In this document: in pieces, positions 13,998-27,849 of the stretch | Numbering within the stretch: position 1 is the first letter of the stretch | Layout of the letters: each line of letters starts with the position of its first letter | From: Octopus vulgaris | Taxonomy: Eukaryota | Direction of reading: 5' to 3' | Assembly: GCA_951406725.2 (NCBI GenBank) | Contig: OX597815.1 | Location: 12,958,001 to 13,022,000, forward strand | Length of the DNA: 64,000 nt | Translations under genes and position numbers: made by a program | The notes under the pieces: model-generated | The model's database searches: none | Seen by the model: the letters and a program-made list of their open reading frames with translations, nothing else | What the model was told of the DNA's origin: nothing

Positions 13998-14223
13998 TTT
14001 TTACTACCCACAAGAGGTCAAACACAGAGGGGACAAACAAGGACAGAAAAACGGATTAAGTCGATTACATCGACCCCAGTGCATAACTGGTACTTAATTT
14101 ATCGACCCCGAAAGGATGAAAGGCAAAGTCGACCTCGGCGGAATTAGAACTCAGAACGTAACGGCAGACGAAATACGGTTACGCATTTCGCTGGCGTGCT
14201 AACGTCTCTGCCAGCTCGCCGCC
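13998..14223 (-). mobile_element. tRNA-derived SINE, family A (Nin/Deu-like central domain)
   Basis: Head GGCGGCGAGCTGGCAGA..TTAGCA, B-box-like GAGTTC.AATTCC, core GTCGACTTTGCCTTTCATCCTTTCGGGGTCGATAAATTAAGTACCAG. Multiple copies in the window. Confidence 0.9.
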
Positions 14224-14240
14224 CTAAAAAAGAATGCACA

Positions 14241-14285
14241 TTCCCATGCCGGGAATCGAATCCGGGTCGCCTGGGTGAAAGCCAG
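14241..14285 (-). pseudogene. 3' half of a tRNA-Glu(TTC) gene
   Basis: Minus strand CTGGCTTTCACCCAGGCGACCCGGATTCGATTCCCGGCATGGGAA matches the anticodon arm, T arm and acceptor 3' strand of tRNA-Glu. A T6 run lies ~10 nt downstream. The 5' half is replaced by a mariner end. Confidence 0.75.
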
Positions 14286-15117
14286 TCTGGTCAATAAGAA
14301 TCCGGACTGTTGCCATTATAACGAGGCTAACGTAGGTTGAGCAAAGCCGTTGGCATAGACTAACCTTAAACTCTGATGTGCATGCGCACAAAATTTTAGC
14401 GTTCTAGGATAGTTCCGCTGTTTGCAGCAGTGTTTGGAAGAAATGTGTGTAACGTGTGATCGTCGCATTCACCATGACAGAGAAAGTTGTCATGGTGATA
14501 CCTACTCAGGGGCCTGCATAAATTTACAGAAAGCGTATGGATCAGAGATTATGAGCCACACACAAGTGTATGTTTCCAAGCTGGGCGAACATATGTCGAT
14601 ATTGACGAACGTTCTGGGGACCCGCAACCAGCACAACTGAGGAAAACTTTTCAGATATGCGTGCAACTGTGATGGGAAATCGCGCGTAAGCAGACGATGT
14701 GGAGATTAGTTACGGTTCAGTTCAGTCCTTTATCACTGAACTTTTTCTTTATGAGACGCGTCTCTGCTAAGTTTGTGCCAAAACTGTTTTCAGTTGGCCA
14801 AAATGTCGCTCGGGTTTCATTTGCACGAGCTCTTCTTGATTGTGCCGAGAAAGATGAAAACGTTCAGAAAACTTTGCGTAGGCCTCTGATGAGGTATCAC
14901 CAAGATCTTGGCAAAATTTGATGCAGGTTGTCTGCTCAACTTACCGCCATGGTGTTTGCGAGAATCACACGCTACACACCTTCCTTCCGAATATTGCTGT
15001 AACCTTAATGTGTATGCTCAGCAGAGTTCGAGGTCAACCTGTATCAAGCAACTTCACTCTGTGTTCTTTATATTCTTTACTATGACAAGAGTTCGGATAC
15101 TTATTGATCAGATCACG
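14285..15117 (+). mobile_element. Internally deleted mariner-family DNA transposon
   Basis: TIRs TCTGGTCAATAAGAATCCGGACTGTTGCCAT / ATGACAAGAGTTCGGATACTTATTGATCAGATCACG followed by TA. Transposase remnants LQKAYGSEIMSHTQVY and MRRVSAKFVPKL. Confidence 0.85.
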
Positions 15118-15179
<62 letters not shown>

Positions 15180-15252
15180 TGTATGTGTGTGTGTGTGTAT
15201 GTGTGTGTGTGTGTGTATGTGTGTGTGTATGTGTGTGTGTATGTGTGTGTGT

Positions 15253-15299
<47 letters not shown>

Positions 15300-15344
15300 T
15301 GTGTGTATGTGTGTGTGTATGTGTGTGTGTGTGTATGTGTGTGT

Positions 15345-15396
<52 letters not shown>
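15118..15396. repeat. (TA)n/(TG)n compound microsatellite
   Basis: Direct observation. Confidence 0.97.
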
Positions 15397-15397
<1 letters not shown>

Positions 15398-15479
15398 ACA
15401 CACTCATTGCTTGTTAAGCATCAACAAGAAGACGGTGGAAGAATGGCCGTATCTTTAGATTTGTAAGCCAGTGAGTAGT

Positions 15480-16720
15480 GATGCTGCTATGAAATCGATA
15501 CTTCCGGTTATTAAATGCAGAAAATAAAATGTTGGCGAATATTATCAATTTTTGGGCATTTACCGTTGAGTGAGAAGTCCGAATATCTAAAGTGGATGCA
15601 ATTCCAGCCTGGCCTGTCCACCACCACTTTCACTTCGTGGAGTATAAACTGTTGATAACGGAGGTAGTGAACCTGGCGTTAGCAGGCAGGGTTCTAATTA
15701 ATTGGATCAATGGAAATATTTTTTAGCTTCGTTCGACGCTACTTGAATTCTGTTTCCAAAACAATCGGTTTAATTTCATTTGCAGGAGAGTGTTTGTACC
15801 CGTGTGCAGAATATCCCACTTAAATTGTAGCGGGTATAGTTCGGGCTAGATCTTCAGGTAATCTGAGATGACAATAAGAAATTTAAGCAGAGGTTGAAAA
15901 CGCGTTTGTTGATTCCGTCATAAAGAAACCGATTAATCTTCATACTTTGCTTTGTTTTGGGGTCAGACTCAGTGCATCTGCTCTACCCATTGTTGTGGAA
16001 CTGGTGAATTCCATTGATCAGGTATTTCGTCTGTTGTGAATTTGTTCTCTATATTGTATCGCTATGGCTTTCCACAAGTCTTTTACTTGAGAGCAACAGC
16101 CCTGTATCAAGTTGAGGTTTAAGTTTTGGCACCTAACATCAGGAAATAAATCAGCTATCAGAGAAGCTTTGTGGATATTGGCATCCTGTAGAGAATTAGA
16201 AGCGAGGGATGATTACAATGTCAATGTGAATCAATTGCCTGGCCTACTCCGGAGAATGTCCGACAAAAAAAACTATGGATAACCTCTGGAACTCCTAACA
16301 GTGCTGCCTATAATGCGTTGTTAGAGCAACTATCGCCCTGGACTGGATATTTCTTTGATGCATAGAATGATTTGTGCGCAATAATTTTTGGTTTGTCGAA
16401 ATGTAGCAAAAGGCCTGTTACTGAGAGTATGACAATATTTTATCAACCGAATCTATCATAGAAATCGTCCCAAGCCCTTTTCCCATCTTTCTTTGGCCAG
16501 AAAGTGCAGTAAATTTTCCTTCGTCTTATGACCATAACTAGAAAGCTGGGACTGAAAGGATTGAAAAAAATCACATTCGACCAAACCTTCATCAATATAT
16601 TCATGCTACAATTCGAGAAATAATTTTGGCGTGTGAGACAATGCAACCTGGCTAAAGTTTTTGAAATGTGGGTGTAAGTAGTTAATACAAGTGAAAGAAA
16701 GAACTACATATAAAATGGCG
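15480..16720 (+). mobile_element. Possible old L1/Tx1-like LINE 3' relic
   Basis: Coding-like composition with many stops. The terminal LKGLKKITFDQTFINIFMLQFEK*FWRVRQC..KVFEMWV only loosely recalls Tx1-type ORF2 ends. Confidence 0.25.
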
Positions 16721-18935
16721 TTCTTATCCTAGCTGCTCGACTTCGTTAACGTTTGTTGTAAGTTCTTAGACCTATCAGGCTTAGTTGGAAATTCTGTTTG
16801 TTGGAATATGTTGTTCCTATTTTTTTACATATAAAGTAAATCTTACCTACATATTTTTCGTGTTCTCTTCTACTGTCTATATCTTCCTTGTGCCCTTGTG
16901 GCTAATAAGGAAAAATACCAGTATTAATTATTTTCACTGTTCTTATAATTAGAAATTGTTGGTGTTATTGTTCTATTCTTATGACTATTGTTGTTGTCTG
17001 AGATTTGACGAAACTGTACTATGGTCAAATGTTCCAGTCTTCGCCCATCAGAAATATTTTACTGTCAAAGTATCCTAGGTTCCATAGATCTTCTCTTGTA
17101 ATGATGCGGTCCACGTGGGGCTTTTCAGCGTTTCTTGCCAATTGAACAATCATATGCAACCTCGTCATTTCGAAATTATTTTAGGTCAGCCTCTCTATCT
17201 TTGTCGCTCCTGCTAGAATAATCAAGTGTGAACTTGCCGATTTGACAATTTGATAATTTCTCAAAATTTCAAAATATTTTAGAGAGAGTTTGCAACTATA
17301 CGCTTCTTTTTCGTTATTCTTTTGCACAAGTTTAAAAGTTGAAGTCCATTTTAATTTTATGAATTGTAGTTATGTATCCATTATAACTCATTCCTGACAG
17401 ACCAACAGGGATACATTTTAAGATATATTGAAAAGACCTGGAACTATTTATTTAATGTATCTCTTTCCGTTCTTCTTGACACTGATATCATATTCTATTT
17501 CGGCCCTTTCGAATTTATCGCTCAGAATTGAAACGGATTTAGAAATTGTGATCCATATTGTATTCAAGTAGAATTGGCCACTTTTTCTAGGAGGTCAATG
17601 GAATAAGTTGGAGCAAATCGGTAACTGCAGATATAGAGTTCTTTGAAAGGGAAGTATACTTTTGCTTGAATGTCTTTTCTTTTAGGTTAAATAGACATAT
17701 TTAAGCTCTCCGTGGTTTTAATGTGGATAAAGTTGAAGAGACCATAGATTACTTGAATAAATCCACCATATATCTTGCGTGCATTCCTTTACATTTTTCA
17801 GCATTACTAAGGGTTATACTTCGTCCTACTCGGTAAGAGGTTTAAGTCAGTAATGTACTTAATTTCGATGCACTCCACTTCAATCTTCACCAATAATATC
17901 TACATGCTAATGTTGGAGTCCCTTAGTAGTCACTTGTTCTGCTAGTACTAGCAGGAAAAATATACGTTGAAATCAGAAAATAGCTTGCAACTTAACATTT
18001 ATTAAAATTTGTGTAGTATTTATTCTTTTGTTTTGGTTGTTGCTATTTTCGATGCTATTGGTTTTTGTTTCTTTGTTGTTGAACTCCAAGCCAGCTGTAA
18101 CCAATACGGGATTTGTTTTTCAAATATTATTATTCTAAATGTCCTTTATATTGTATGACGATTGGATGAGAATATTTCACTTATATACATGATGATATCT
18201 CATCAGTTAATTATGATTACCACCTGCTAAGCTTGTAAGGCTGTTTTCATTCAGATTAATAGCTATTTCATATCAATTCCCCACATATTCAGTTAAGGGA
18301 AAACCAGGCACACAATATTATATAACGTTAATGCTTCAGAAGGAACACAAAGAACTATGTATATTCTTGTGGAAAAATATAGTAAAACAAACAAGAGAGG
18401 AAAACCATTACCATTATTTGCAAGAAAGAAGAGGAGAAACATTAGTGAGTTTTTTTTTTTATATTTTGATATTTGAATATAGTTTTCTTAATATAAATTC
18501 GGACGAATCACATTTTGTTTGCAAATAATAAATTTAGAGAATCACATTTCTTCCGAATATATTCAGTCTAGTTTCACAATTATTTTTTTGACAAAGCAAT
18601 ATTTAGAAACCATTTAGATATTTCATATAAGAGATTTTATTAATATTCTTTCGTCGTATGTAATATTTCTTTAAAACGGAATTTTTCTTTCATTCATTTT
18701 AATATTTATGTGCTCATTGTTGCCGAAGAAAGTAAGAACATGCAATAAGCAAATGTAGATATAATGTATTATCTTTCGCATAATGAATGTTGTCATTGAA
18801 TACGCAGCTGAATTAAAAAAAAAAAAGCTATGATTGCAAACACTGAACTGAGGCAAAGGAAATTTTAAACAGTTTATATTTGGATTCAGAGGAGAACATT
18901 GTTTGAATTATCAAGCAAATTAGGGACACTAAGGA

Positions 18936-20397
18936 CTTCAAATACCTTTCGTGGTTTGCTACCTCAACAGCTCCTTTATAGGATCCAGTGGCTAAAGACA
19001 TCATCAGGAGGAACCTCGTCCTGTTTCGGCCGCTACTCCTCTACTGTTTTCGACGTGGCGGTGCACCCACCACCCCTCGGAGGTGTCTTCAGCTCTGGTG
19101 TTGAGTGAATTTCTTCTTTCTCCTTTTTTTCTTCAGTTCCGTGACCTCTTTGATGCAGCGTCAACAAATGTCAGTGGGTGACTGACCATTCAGCCAAATT
19201 TCCCTTTAGATACCCGCAGGTAGGCTCCAGCAGCCAACACCAGCTACTTGTTGCGTGATACTGTCTAAACCTCGACTGGCCAATGGAGGGAAAGGGCGCG
19301 TAATCGTAGCCTGCGTCCTCTCTAAAGCTGCTTTCCAACAGTGTCGTGTTAGTTTCAGTACCAGCAGCCAGCGCCAACCAGCTGTTGGTGGTACAAGCTT
19401 TCAAACCAGGAGGAGGGGCGCCATGAACGAGTCCGCTATCTGTCAATCAGCGATGATGTTAAGTGTCAGCCAGTCTCACCGAGCGAACCTATATCCAAGT
19501 CGGCATGTTATGGCTTTCAAGTCCTTTCTGCTCTTCTTGCTTCAGTCATATATAGAAGCTGACTTTTTTGACAGCCTCCTGTATCCACCATATTACTTTT
19601 CTCAGCTCTGAGCTAGAAAATGCAAACCTTCTTTTGAATAACGTTGTCATTTTCCTTTCAATGAAGCCTGTAGACCCCACTGCCAGCTGATAATACTCTA
19701 CAGTCCATCCCTGTTCTCTGCACTTTTCGATTAATTTTTCGTACCACTTCTCCTTCTGTTGTTCTGCATTAGCGATGTTCTCTTCCTACTGCACTGTCAG
19801 CTCTAGCAAAATACCAATTTTCCGTTCTCTGTTCCATACGATTAAGTCCGGTCTTTTTGTCGTTTTTATGAGTGGAAATATTAACAGTCTTTCCAAATCC
19901 ATGGCCAGCTCCCAGTATTTTATTTGAAGGTCTGGCCTTATGTTCTTTTCCCTCTTTCTGGAAATATATTTTTACGCGCTTTTCGACTTGTTGGTACTCT
20001 CCCCTATTATATCACTCTATCTTCTTGAGTGCTGTGCTTATGAAGCCGAGGCCTTGATTGTGACGCCATGTATATTTGCCTATTGCTAGCCAGCAGTTTG
20101 ACAGAACGTGTCTAACGGTCGCTTTCTCTCCGCATCTACGTTCATCAGTTGTGTGAATGTTCCACCGGAGTAAATTCGCCTGTGATGGTAAAATGTCGAA
20201 GGTAGACTTCATCAAGAATTATGTCCTTCCTGGTTCCTGCGACTGACCACATATTTCTCCCATCTCAGGCACTCTCCCAGTTGACTACATTGCACCAAAT
20301 GTACATTTCTTCTTCCTCCTTTCTCAATTCATGTACAACTGCCTCTTTCATCTCTTTTACACTGCTCTTGCAAAATGGCCTGAAATTGTGCAACTCG
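18936..20397 (-). mobile_element. 5'-truncated HERO/NeSL-like RLE retrotransposon with long flanking direct repeat
   Basis: FLMKSTFDILPSQANLLRW..CGEKATVRHVLSNC...YTWRHNQ (zinc-knuckle region), then KRPDL..W...LLELTV..EEN..A...K (RLE). Bounded by a ~33 bp direct repeat at 18903-18935 and 20398-20430. Confidence 0.85.
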
Positions 20398-20959
20398 TTG
20401 AATTGTCAAGCACATTAGGGACACTAAGGATTTTGTTAAATTCATGCATACTCGTGCAAGCATATACAAACAAATACATATATTTATTGGGCCAAATATG
20501 AGATACTACATTCAAAGGGATAAGTTGATTACATCGATACTATTGCTTGATTAGTACTGTATTTTATTGACTACGAAATTACTGAAATTAAATTCCAACT
20601 TGGACTAGATTTGAATAGAGAAAATAAAACTCGCCCAAACAAAAAGAAAATGTTCTGCCAGTTCCATAATTCCATGTCCTTATGACTGGCATTTATAAAA
20701 GGTTGATTTTTATATATAGAAGTAGATGAATATAACTAAATATGTTTACACATTTTCCAACATCTCCCACTACTATCCGGCAGCATATATAATGGTAGCA
20801 ATTGACTTAATTATACAACAGTAATTTATTAATCAATTATACAACAGTACCGATTTTGTGCTAATATACGAAAAGTATGTATACATTTCCAAAGTATAAA
20901 TTTCTGGAATAGTCATGTACCAAAACTTTCCACTATTTTGATATTAATAAGCTCGGTAA

Positions 20960-21400
20960 GGCGGTGATGGAAGAGTCGTTACTATGCCGAATAAATTGCT
21001 TAGCGGCATTTCGTCCGTCTTTAAAGGCGGCGAGCTGGCAGAAACGTTAGCACGCTGGGCGAAATGCGTAGCTGTATTTTGTCTGCCGTTATGTTCTGAG
21101 TTCAAATTCCGCCGGGGTCGACTTTGCCTTTCATCCTTTCGGGGTCGATTAAATAAGTACCAGTTACGCACTGAGGATCGATATAATCGACTTAATCCAT
21201 TTGTTTGTCATTGTTTGTCCTCTCTGTGTTTAGCCCCTTTGTCGGTAGTAAAGAAATAGGTAATTCTTCCGTCTTTATGTTCTGAGTTCAAATGAACCGG
21301 GGTAGATTAAATAATTACTAATTATGTAATGGTGTCGTTATAATCGATTTACCTCCTCTTTCGAACATGCCAGGCTTGTGTCAAAATTAAAAATTTTTGG
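20960..21400 (+). mobile_element. SINE A (young copy 21026-21262) nested in an older SINE A
   Basis: An old head at 20960-21022 and old body at 21263-21400 flank a full copy. TCCGTCTTTA is present on both sides. Confidence 0.8.
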
Positions 21401-21957
21401 AAATCGATAGTAATTGTCTTAGTATATGTGTCATTGTATGATCACCTTTTATTTAACGATTCGCCCTTTCACCAGCAAATAAGTCCACCATACATTAATC
21501 TGGGATCCGTATCTTTCAGTGCTGCATGAAGAAGAAAAGAATATATAGTATCCTAACAAATACGTTTGGTATCTTTCTTCAATCTAAAGCAAAAACTTAT
21601 CAACATTTTTTTTCTAAGAAGGTGGGTAGGGTTACATTGATATGTTATATAAATATATGTATTTCATTTAATACGTCTTTGGTACTAGATGAATGTTCAA
21701 AAGTGGAATGAGCCTTTTCACAGTTCTTTATCTAAAGATCAACCACTTTTGTAACATGTGCACGTGTAAATGTACGACCATTTCTCGGTTGAGTATTTGG
21801 AATGATCAATTGGGGCGAGTTATGTTGCTTGTAATGAGAACTGATCAAATTACCTGAATTTCAATGCATCTCTGCTGAATTACACCTTAGAATTTCGGTT
21901 GAAAATTCAGAATAAATGATGAATATTTTCACACCTTAAACAACCTTTAATTAAAAT

Positions 21958-21999
21958 GCATCATCATCATCAGCAGCAACCGCACCATCGCCATTATCA

Positions 22000-22064
<65 letters not shown>

Positions 22065-22222
22065 ATTATTATTATTAGTAGTAGTAGTAGTAGTAGTAGT
22101 AGTAATGGTAATGGTGTTGGTGGTGTTGGTGGTGGTGGTAGCATAGCGGCGTCGACGGCGGCAGCGGTGGTGGTGGTGGTGGTGGTAGTAGTAGTATTAG
22201 TAGTAGTAATAGTAGTAGTAGC
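21958..22222. repeat. Compound trinucleotide tract (ATT/AGT/GGT)
   Basis: Direct observation. Confidence 0.95.
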
Positions 22223-22827
22223 CTCTTTCAGCAGCATTTTCCTTCTAAGAGATCTCGATTGTACTTGCTCCGATTAATTCTGTACGTGCAGACTGTAAAT
22301 TGTTGCCAATGGTTTCACAGGCTCTCTTCCCATGAAACCTAACAGCCAAATACCAATCTGAAAATCCTTGCTGTCCCTGATAGAGCACTTTTCTTAGCAT
22401 ATTCTTCCCTCATGTCAATCGCAATTTCCCCTACAAATCACTTGTACCTAGTTATAAATGCTCCCAGTGTCCCTACAACTACGGGAATGACAGTTCCTTT
22501 CATTTCGGCCATATTTACTTTCTGCAATCAATCTCTTCTGAGGTCGACGTTGTCTTCCATCACTTTGGCGTCGAGGAAATGAGTACCAGTTCAAAACTGG
22601 GGTCGACTTAATTACGTTACCCACTACGTCGTAATTGCTAGCCTTGTGATACAATTTGAAATTATTCCTGAGTTGAGATTCCGCCGGCGTCATCTTTGCC
22701 TTTCACTATTTCACGGTCGATTAATTAACCGCCAGTGAAACACTGCAGTTGATGTAAACGACACATCCCATCCCCCAAAATGGCTGCCATTAAGGCGAAA
22801 TTTGAAATCATTATTATTCTTTCGTAA

Positions 22828-24190
22828 TACAGTTACGATCCAAGAATGAGGCATCATATCATATGACTTCTTAAAGTCAATCCAAGCCATAGACAAGTTT
22901 ATATGATATTTTTTTTTTGCAATGCCTGAAAACTATTCTATCAACGAGCAGGTGATCTTTGGTACTCTGAGATCTCTTCCTACATCCTTTTTGTTCCATT
23001 GTTAGTATTTCATCATGTGCCAGGAAAGTATGCGTCTTTGCCGCGCATATTCCGTGAGTATCTTCCAGATTATGTTTAGGCATGCTACTGGACGGTAGTT
23101 TCCCACAATATTCCCCTTTCTGCTGTCCTCCCAGTCTCCATCCACGCGGGTACTGTACCTTTCTGGACACACTTATTCAATTGGGCTTCTAGTCGTTCAT
23201 GCACGGCGTGGCATCTCTTCAGACAAAATCCATGAATCCCATCTGATTCGGGGGCTTTCCATTTAGGCACTTTACTCACTCTTCTTTCACGTCACCCGTA
23301 CTTATGACAATAGTCAATTGTTTCTTTCCTCCTTGTAATTCTGTCTTGATAATACCTATCCACATTGCATCACTTATATAAACCACATTGTTTCCCAAAA
23401 CCCGATCCAGAATTCCTTGCATGAAGAGCAACATTTTCCCCATTGTCCCCTTCTAACTTCGGAAAAATTGCTTCTGGTTATTTTTGAACAATCTCTTCTC
23501 CTCGAACTGCTTCTTTCTATTCACAAATCTTCTGGATTTTCGCCATGATCCTTCCTTTTACCTGAATCAAATAGTGCTGCAAACCCGTTCTTCCGTATTT
23601 TTCCTTTAATTTATCTCTGTCGGTCTTTTTCCCATTTCCCAGTTTCTTATTAACCGTTGCTGATTTTTCCTAGATCTTGCCTTGCCCACATTATATCTCT
23701 TTCAATGAATCGTTTCCACCATGGTTCTCTTGTTCCACCATTTTTTTCCTACTAAGTTGTCATTTCGCCTCAACGAATAGCGCAATAACTCGGAGAAGAT
23801 TCCTTGTTTGTGTTATGTCCTCCGTCTGGATGTATGGCATGAGAGTATTTATCTTCTGTGTTACTTTATTTATCATACTCCTATCTACTCTTCATGAGGA
23901 TTTTTCTTCTGGAAATTTCAAGTCGGTGAGTCGTCTTTGAATTTCAAGCAATTCATTATCTAGATGTTTCGTTTGCCCTGCATGTCTACCCACCACAGTA
24001 TCAGGGTTCCCTGTATAACGTTCCTGTTCTACATCCTTAACATCTCCATCACCATTTCCCTAATACTCCTATCTACTCTTCTCTCTGCCTCACACCTCTC
24101 TGTGTTCAAGTCCCACCAGCCTTTGTGGCCTGTCCACAGAGTCTCACAGACTCTCACTAATCCGAGATATTTCTATTCCAGTTAAGTAAC
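22828..24190 (-). mobile_element. Decayed R4/Dong-like LINE, RT N-terminal region
   Basis: KVPKWKAPESDGIHGFCLK...VPAWMETGRT; EQKGCRKRSQSTKDHLLVD; MAWIDFKKSYDMMPHSWI. Frameshifted. Confidence 0.88.
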
Positions 24191-24214
24191 CCTTCCTCCT
24201 AACCACTCTCAATT

Positions 24215-25270
24215 GGTTCATTAGTATATTTTCTGACATTGGAAACATGTCCTTTTTCATCCAAAATACAGAAGAGATGTGTAAATCCCTTCTGTAAGTG
24301 ACTTTAAGGCTTTCGCAGGGTTGGACTTGACTTCACTGAGTGCTATAGCTAACTTTTGGTGGGTGCGCATTAAAGAGTTTAGCCAAAAATGTGGAACCTT
24401 ATCTATATCTGAGGATTTCCATTTCTTTGACTTGGCGAACGCCACTTACATTTCTTCGGTTGTTATATCCTGCTATTCCTGATATTTGAGGTTGGCATTG
24501 GCCCCTGACACAGCGTGCCTTCTGATTAAACTCCAAATGTTTTTCCAAAAATATTCAGTTTGCTGCTGGGGAGGAGAATTTTTTGACAATAATGGCATTT
24601 CCCCCAGTTCCCAGTAGAATGTTTTGTGTACTCCTTGCATAGTATGTTTTGTCTATGGAATGCTGAGCGCTTTTTGTAACTTTCCAATCATTTGGTTTTT
24701 AATTATAGTTTTTGTTTGATGATTTGAATCTGTGTATCCTTCATTCATTTGTAAAGGTCATGTTTAGCAATTATTCTTCTTAGTTTGTTGGGTTTATTAG
24801 CTTTCCCTTTGCTGACTTCAAGTAGAAATATATATCTATTCTTAGCTGGATTATCTGCCGGTTTATTCTTTCCATCCATGCTGGCTGTATATATACATTG
24901 CAGTTTTTTTGTCTATCTCTAATTTTAATACGGTATTTCTGAGTTAAAACATAAGTCGCTGAGTAAATGTGTTGATCAATGCATTTTCTCTACTATTTTC
25001 AAGTTGTACCAAATTTCCAAGTGGTTGATTAACTTCTTTGATTACTTTTCTGTTATTATTAATATTAAAAACGCTGGGAAGTGGTGATCTTTCGTGGAAA
25101 GGTTGATGTAGTTGTATAAGATATTGTTCTAGTATTCCATCTAAAGCTTCATTGCTGACGTGGTGATTTATAGTGTTTTTAATATCAACTGGTTGTCCAC
25201 CTTCTTACAGTTCCGTGTACACTGTTTGCTTGTTTGAGTTAGTGATTTCAGAGCTTTTTCTCTGGGGGTA
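24215..25270 (-). mobile_element. Second R4/Dong-like LINE fragment (different family, pre-RT region)
   Basis: KSKKWKSSDIDKVPHFWLNSL..HQKLA...LTEG.TYLL corresponds to the NWK.PG.D....FW.K motif. Confidence 0.7.
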
Positions 25271-26649
25271 TAAGTGAGTATATGTCATACTGAGAAAATT
25301 AAATGTATTTAAAATTGTTTAATGCTTGTAACAAGATTTTGAAAAGCTTGCCATTAAATGCTGTATTTATAATCTTGTTAAACGTTTTATTACAACTTCA
25401 CGCACACGTCCAATTCGAAAACGTCTACAAATACAAATTCTACATATACTTTAACAACGTACATATGGAAAGCGGGGTATAATTTACTAATCTATATGAT
25501 AGAAAGGGCTAACCATGGTGAAATCAACAACAGCAGTACTACCAACCATCAACCGCCAACAAACAGCAACGTTGATAAGGTCATTGAATACAAATATTTC
25601 GTATTCCTTTCGCAAGGTCATTGAACACAAATATTTCGCATTCGTTTTTGCCAAAAATAGTAGCAAAATTCTTAATGTACAGTCATAAAAAGAGGAAACA
25701 TTGCATGACTCGAGGTACGCTATACTTGCAAGATGGAAAAACAGGTGATAAATACCGAACACTTATTTATCAAATATATGCTCGTTTATGATACAAGTTT
25801 TGCAAAACACTAAACAAGTGTTGTATATATTCTTATGTTAAAATGTACTATATCAATTCTCATGCTCTAAGAATGTGCCTATAACTTATAAAACACACTG
25901 TACTTTCAGTATTTCACAAAACATAACTTCAGTGAAATATTTCCAAAGAGCAACACCAAAAAAGAAAAAGAAAATGCATACTCCAAATGAGGCTATCAAT
26001 AAATTTATAGAAAATTCCTAGTTTTCATGGCATTATCAGCGCAAAAGAACATTCTTTAGTTAAGCTCTAACCCCTTAGAATATAACTCATCAATTTGTTT
26101 TTCATGCAGTTGATCATAAATAACCGTAAGAGATTGAGAAGTGGATAAACATAACAGAAAGACAAAACAATAAATGTGATAAAAACTTTTCACAATCTTC
26201 AAGTTGATACATCATATCGTAAAGGAGGACGATATTAAGATTGCTTTCACCTTTATCTTGGTTGAATATTGAAAAGTTAGATATTAGAATATTAGGAAAT
26301 GAAACATATTCACATTCTAAACCGAGAGAGAAAGTCGAATCTAAGTAAACATGGCTACCGAGAACCAAATATAGATTATTATGTAGATAACATTATATAT
26401 ATACATACATACACATATAACTGAATATATACATTGGTAAGTATAAATTTATGTATATGAATACATGCATGCGAGCCTGCCATGTGCCCTTATAGAAGAT
26501 TTATATGGGTAGGGGAAAAGAAGGGCTATGCACATCAGAATTTAAGTATTCAGATTCTATATTTCAAGATAAAATATTTAATTACGTTCTTAGAGGTTAG
26601 AGGTCCTGTTTGCAAGGGATATTCATACATAGACAAGCAAATACGTGCG

Positions 26650-26703
<54 letters not shown>

Positions 26704-26776
26704 CGTGTTTGTGTGTGTATGAGTATGTGTGTGTATATGTATGTATGTATGTATGTATACGCCCATTTGCATATAC

Positions 26777-26819
<43 letters not shown>

Positions 26820-27104
26820 TGTTTGTGCTACATTGCTACGTTACACCGACTATTGCTGTCTCCTTCTTCTTCCCCGCTGTCAACAACTTTTCTAATTCCC
26901 TCACGCTACTTCTCCATCACATTGCAGATCTGCATGTTTTCAACCATAGGCCAAGGACGAAAACTGTAAATTGCCACGCGCTTTTAATTATTGTGATATG
27001 CACACGTCAGCACTCTTCTATCACTGAGATTTTCAGAAGATGGCGTAAGAAATAAGGTAACTATAAATAACCCCCTGCACTTCACTAGATTACAGTGATG
27101 CAAG

Positions 27105-27323
27105 CAGTGCTTTTCAATCTTTTTGCTGGAGCAGAACCCTAATGAAACATTCCACTGGCTCGAAGAACCCCTGTGCAATACTTTAATAGTCTTATGCACA
27201 CATATCTGCACAGGAGAATTGAAAATTACTGCCGATTTTAGCAGTTTTGTAACTTCTTGCGGAACCCCTGGACTGTACTGGCGGAACCCTAAGGTTCTAC
27301 GGAACCCTGGTTGAAAACCAATG
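27105..27323. mobile_element. hAT-type MITE with 8-bp TSD
   Basis: Ends CAGTGCTTTTCAATC / GGTTGAAAACCAATG, subterminal GGAACCC repeats, and flanks GATGCAAG (27097-27104) / GATACAAG (27324-27331). Confidence 0.8.
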
Positions 27324-27604
27324 GATACAAGAGTAGAACCACTCTATAGGACACAATGTTTAGTACCAAGGAGCAAGCTGAAGCGAGATGTCGTGAAACT
27401 GCAATTTCCACATTAGAGTGTCTAACCCCTAAAAGGATTCTGTGTCAGTAGTATGGTGTATTTCGTTCTCACTGATTTTACAGTATACTGGGACACCAAG
27501 GAAGTTTATTTCTACGACGTCTCCGGACTCAGATGGAATGTCACCACGAAGAATAAGAAACACACACACACACACACAAACATACACGCGCACGCACACA
27601 CGCA

Positions 27605-27636
<32 letters not shown>

Positions 27637-27849
27637 CACATGCATCTTTCTATTTATCTATCGATCTCTCAATCTATATATTCATATGTGTGTGAGTCTC
27701 TGTATGTGTGAATGTGTGAGTCTGTATACATGTATGTATGCTTGTATGTATGTATGTATGTATGTATGTATGTATGTATGTGTATGTATGTATGTATGTA
27801 TGTATGTATGTATGTATGTATGAGTGTGTGCTGTGTGCACGCATATGCT

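Noticed and set aside
17000-17950. Possible decayed transposase or RT
   Set aside because: No diagnostic motif could be recovered in any frame by eye.
18990-19100. CTGATGA/CTGAAGA and GAAAC words in the HERO-like 3' UTR (minus strand) as a hammerhead
   Set aside because: I could not form stems I and III with a valid NUH triplet, and the CTG is sequestered in a local hairpin.
25577-25645. Two ~30 bp direct repeats (AAGGTCATTGAA.ACAAATATTTCG.ATTC) as a CRISPR-like array
   Set aside because: Only two units with a very short spacer, in a eukaryotic context with no cas genes. It is a simple local duplication.
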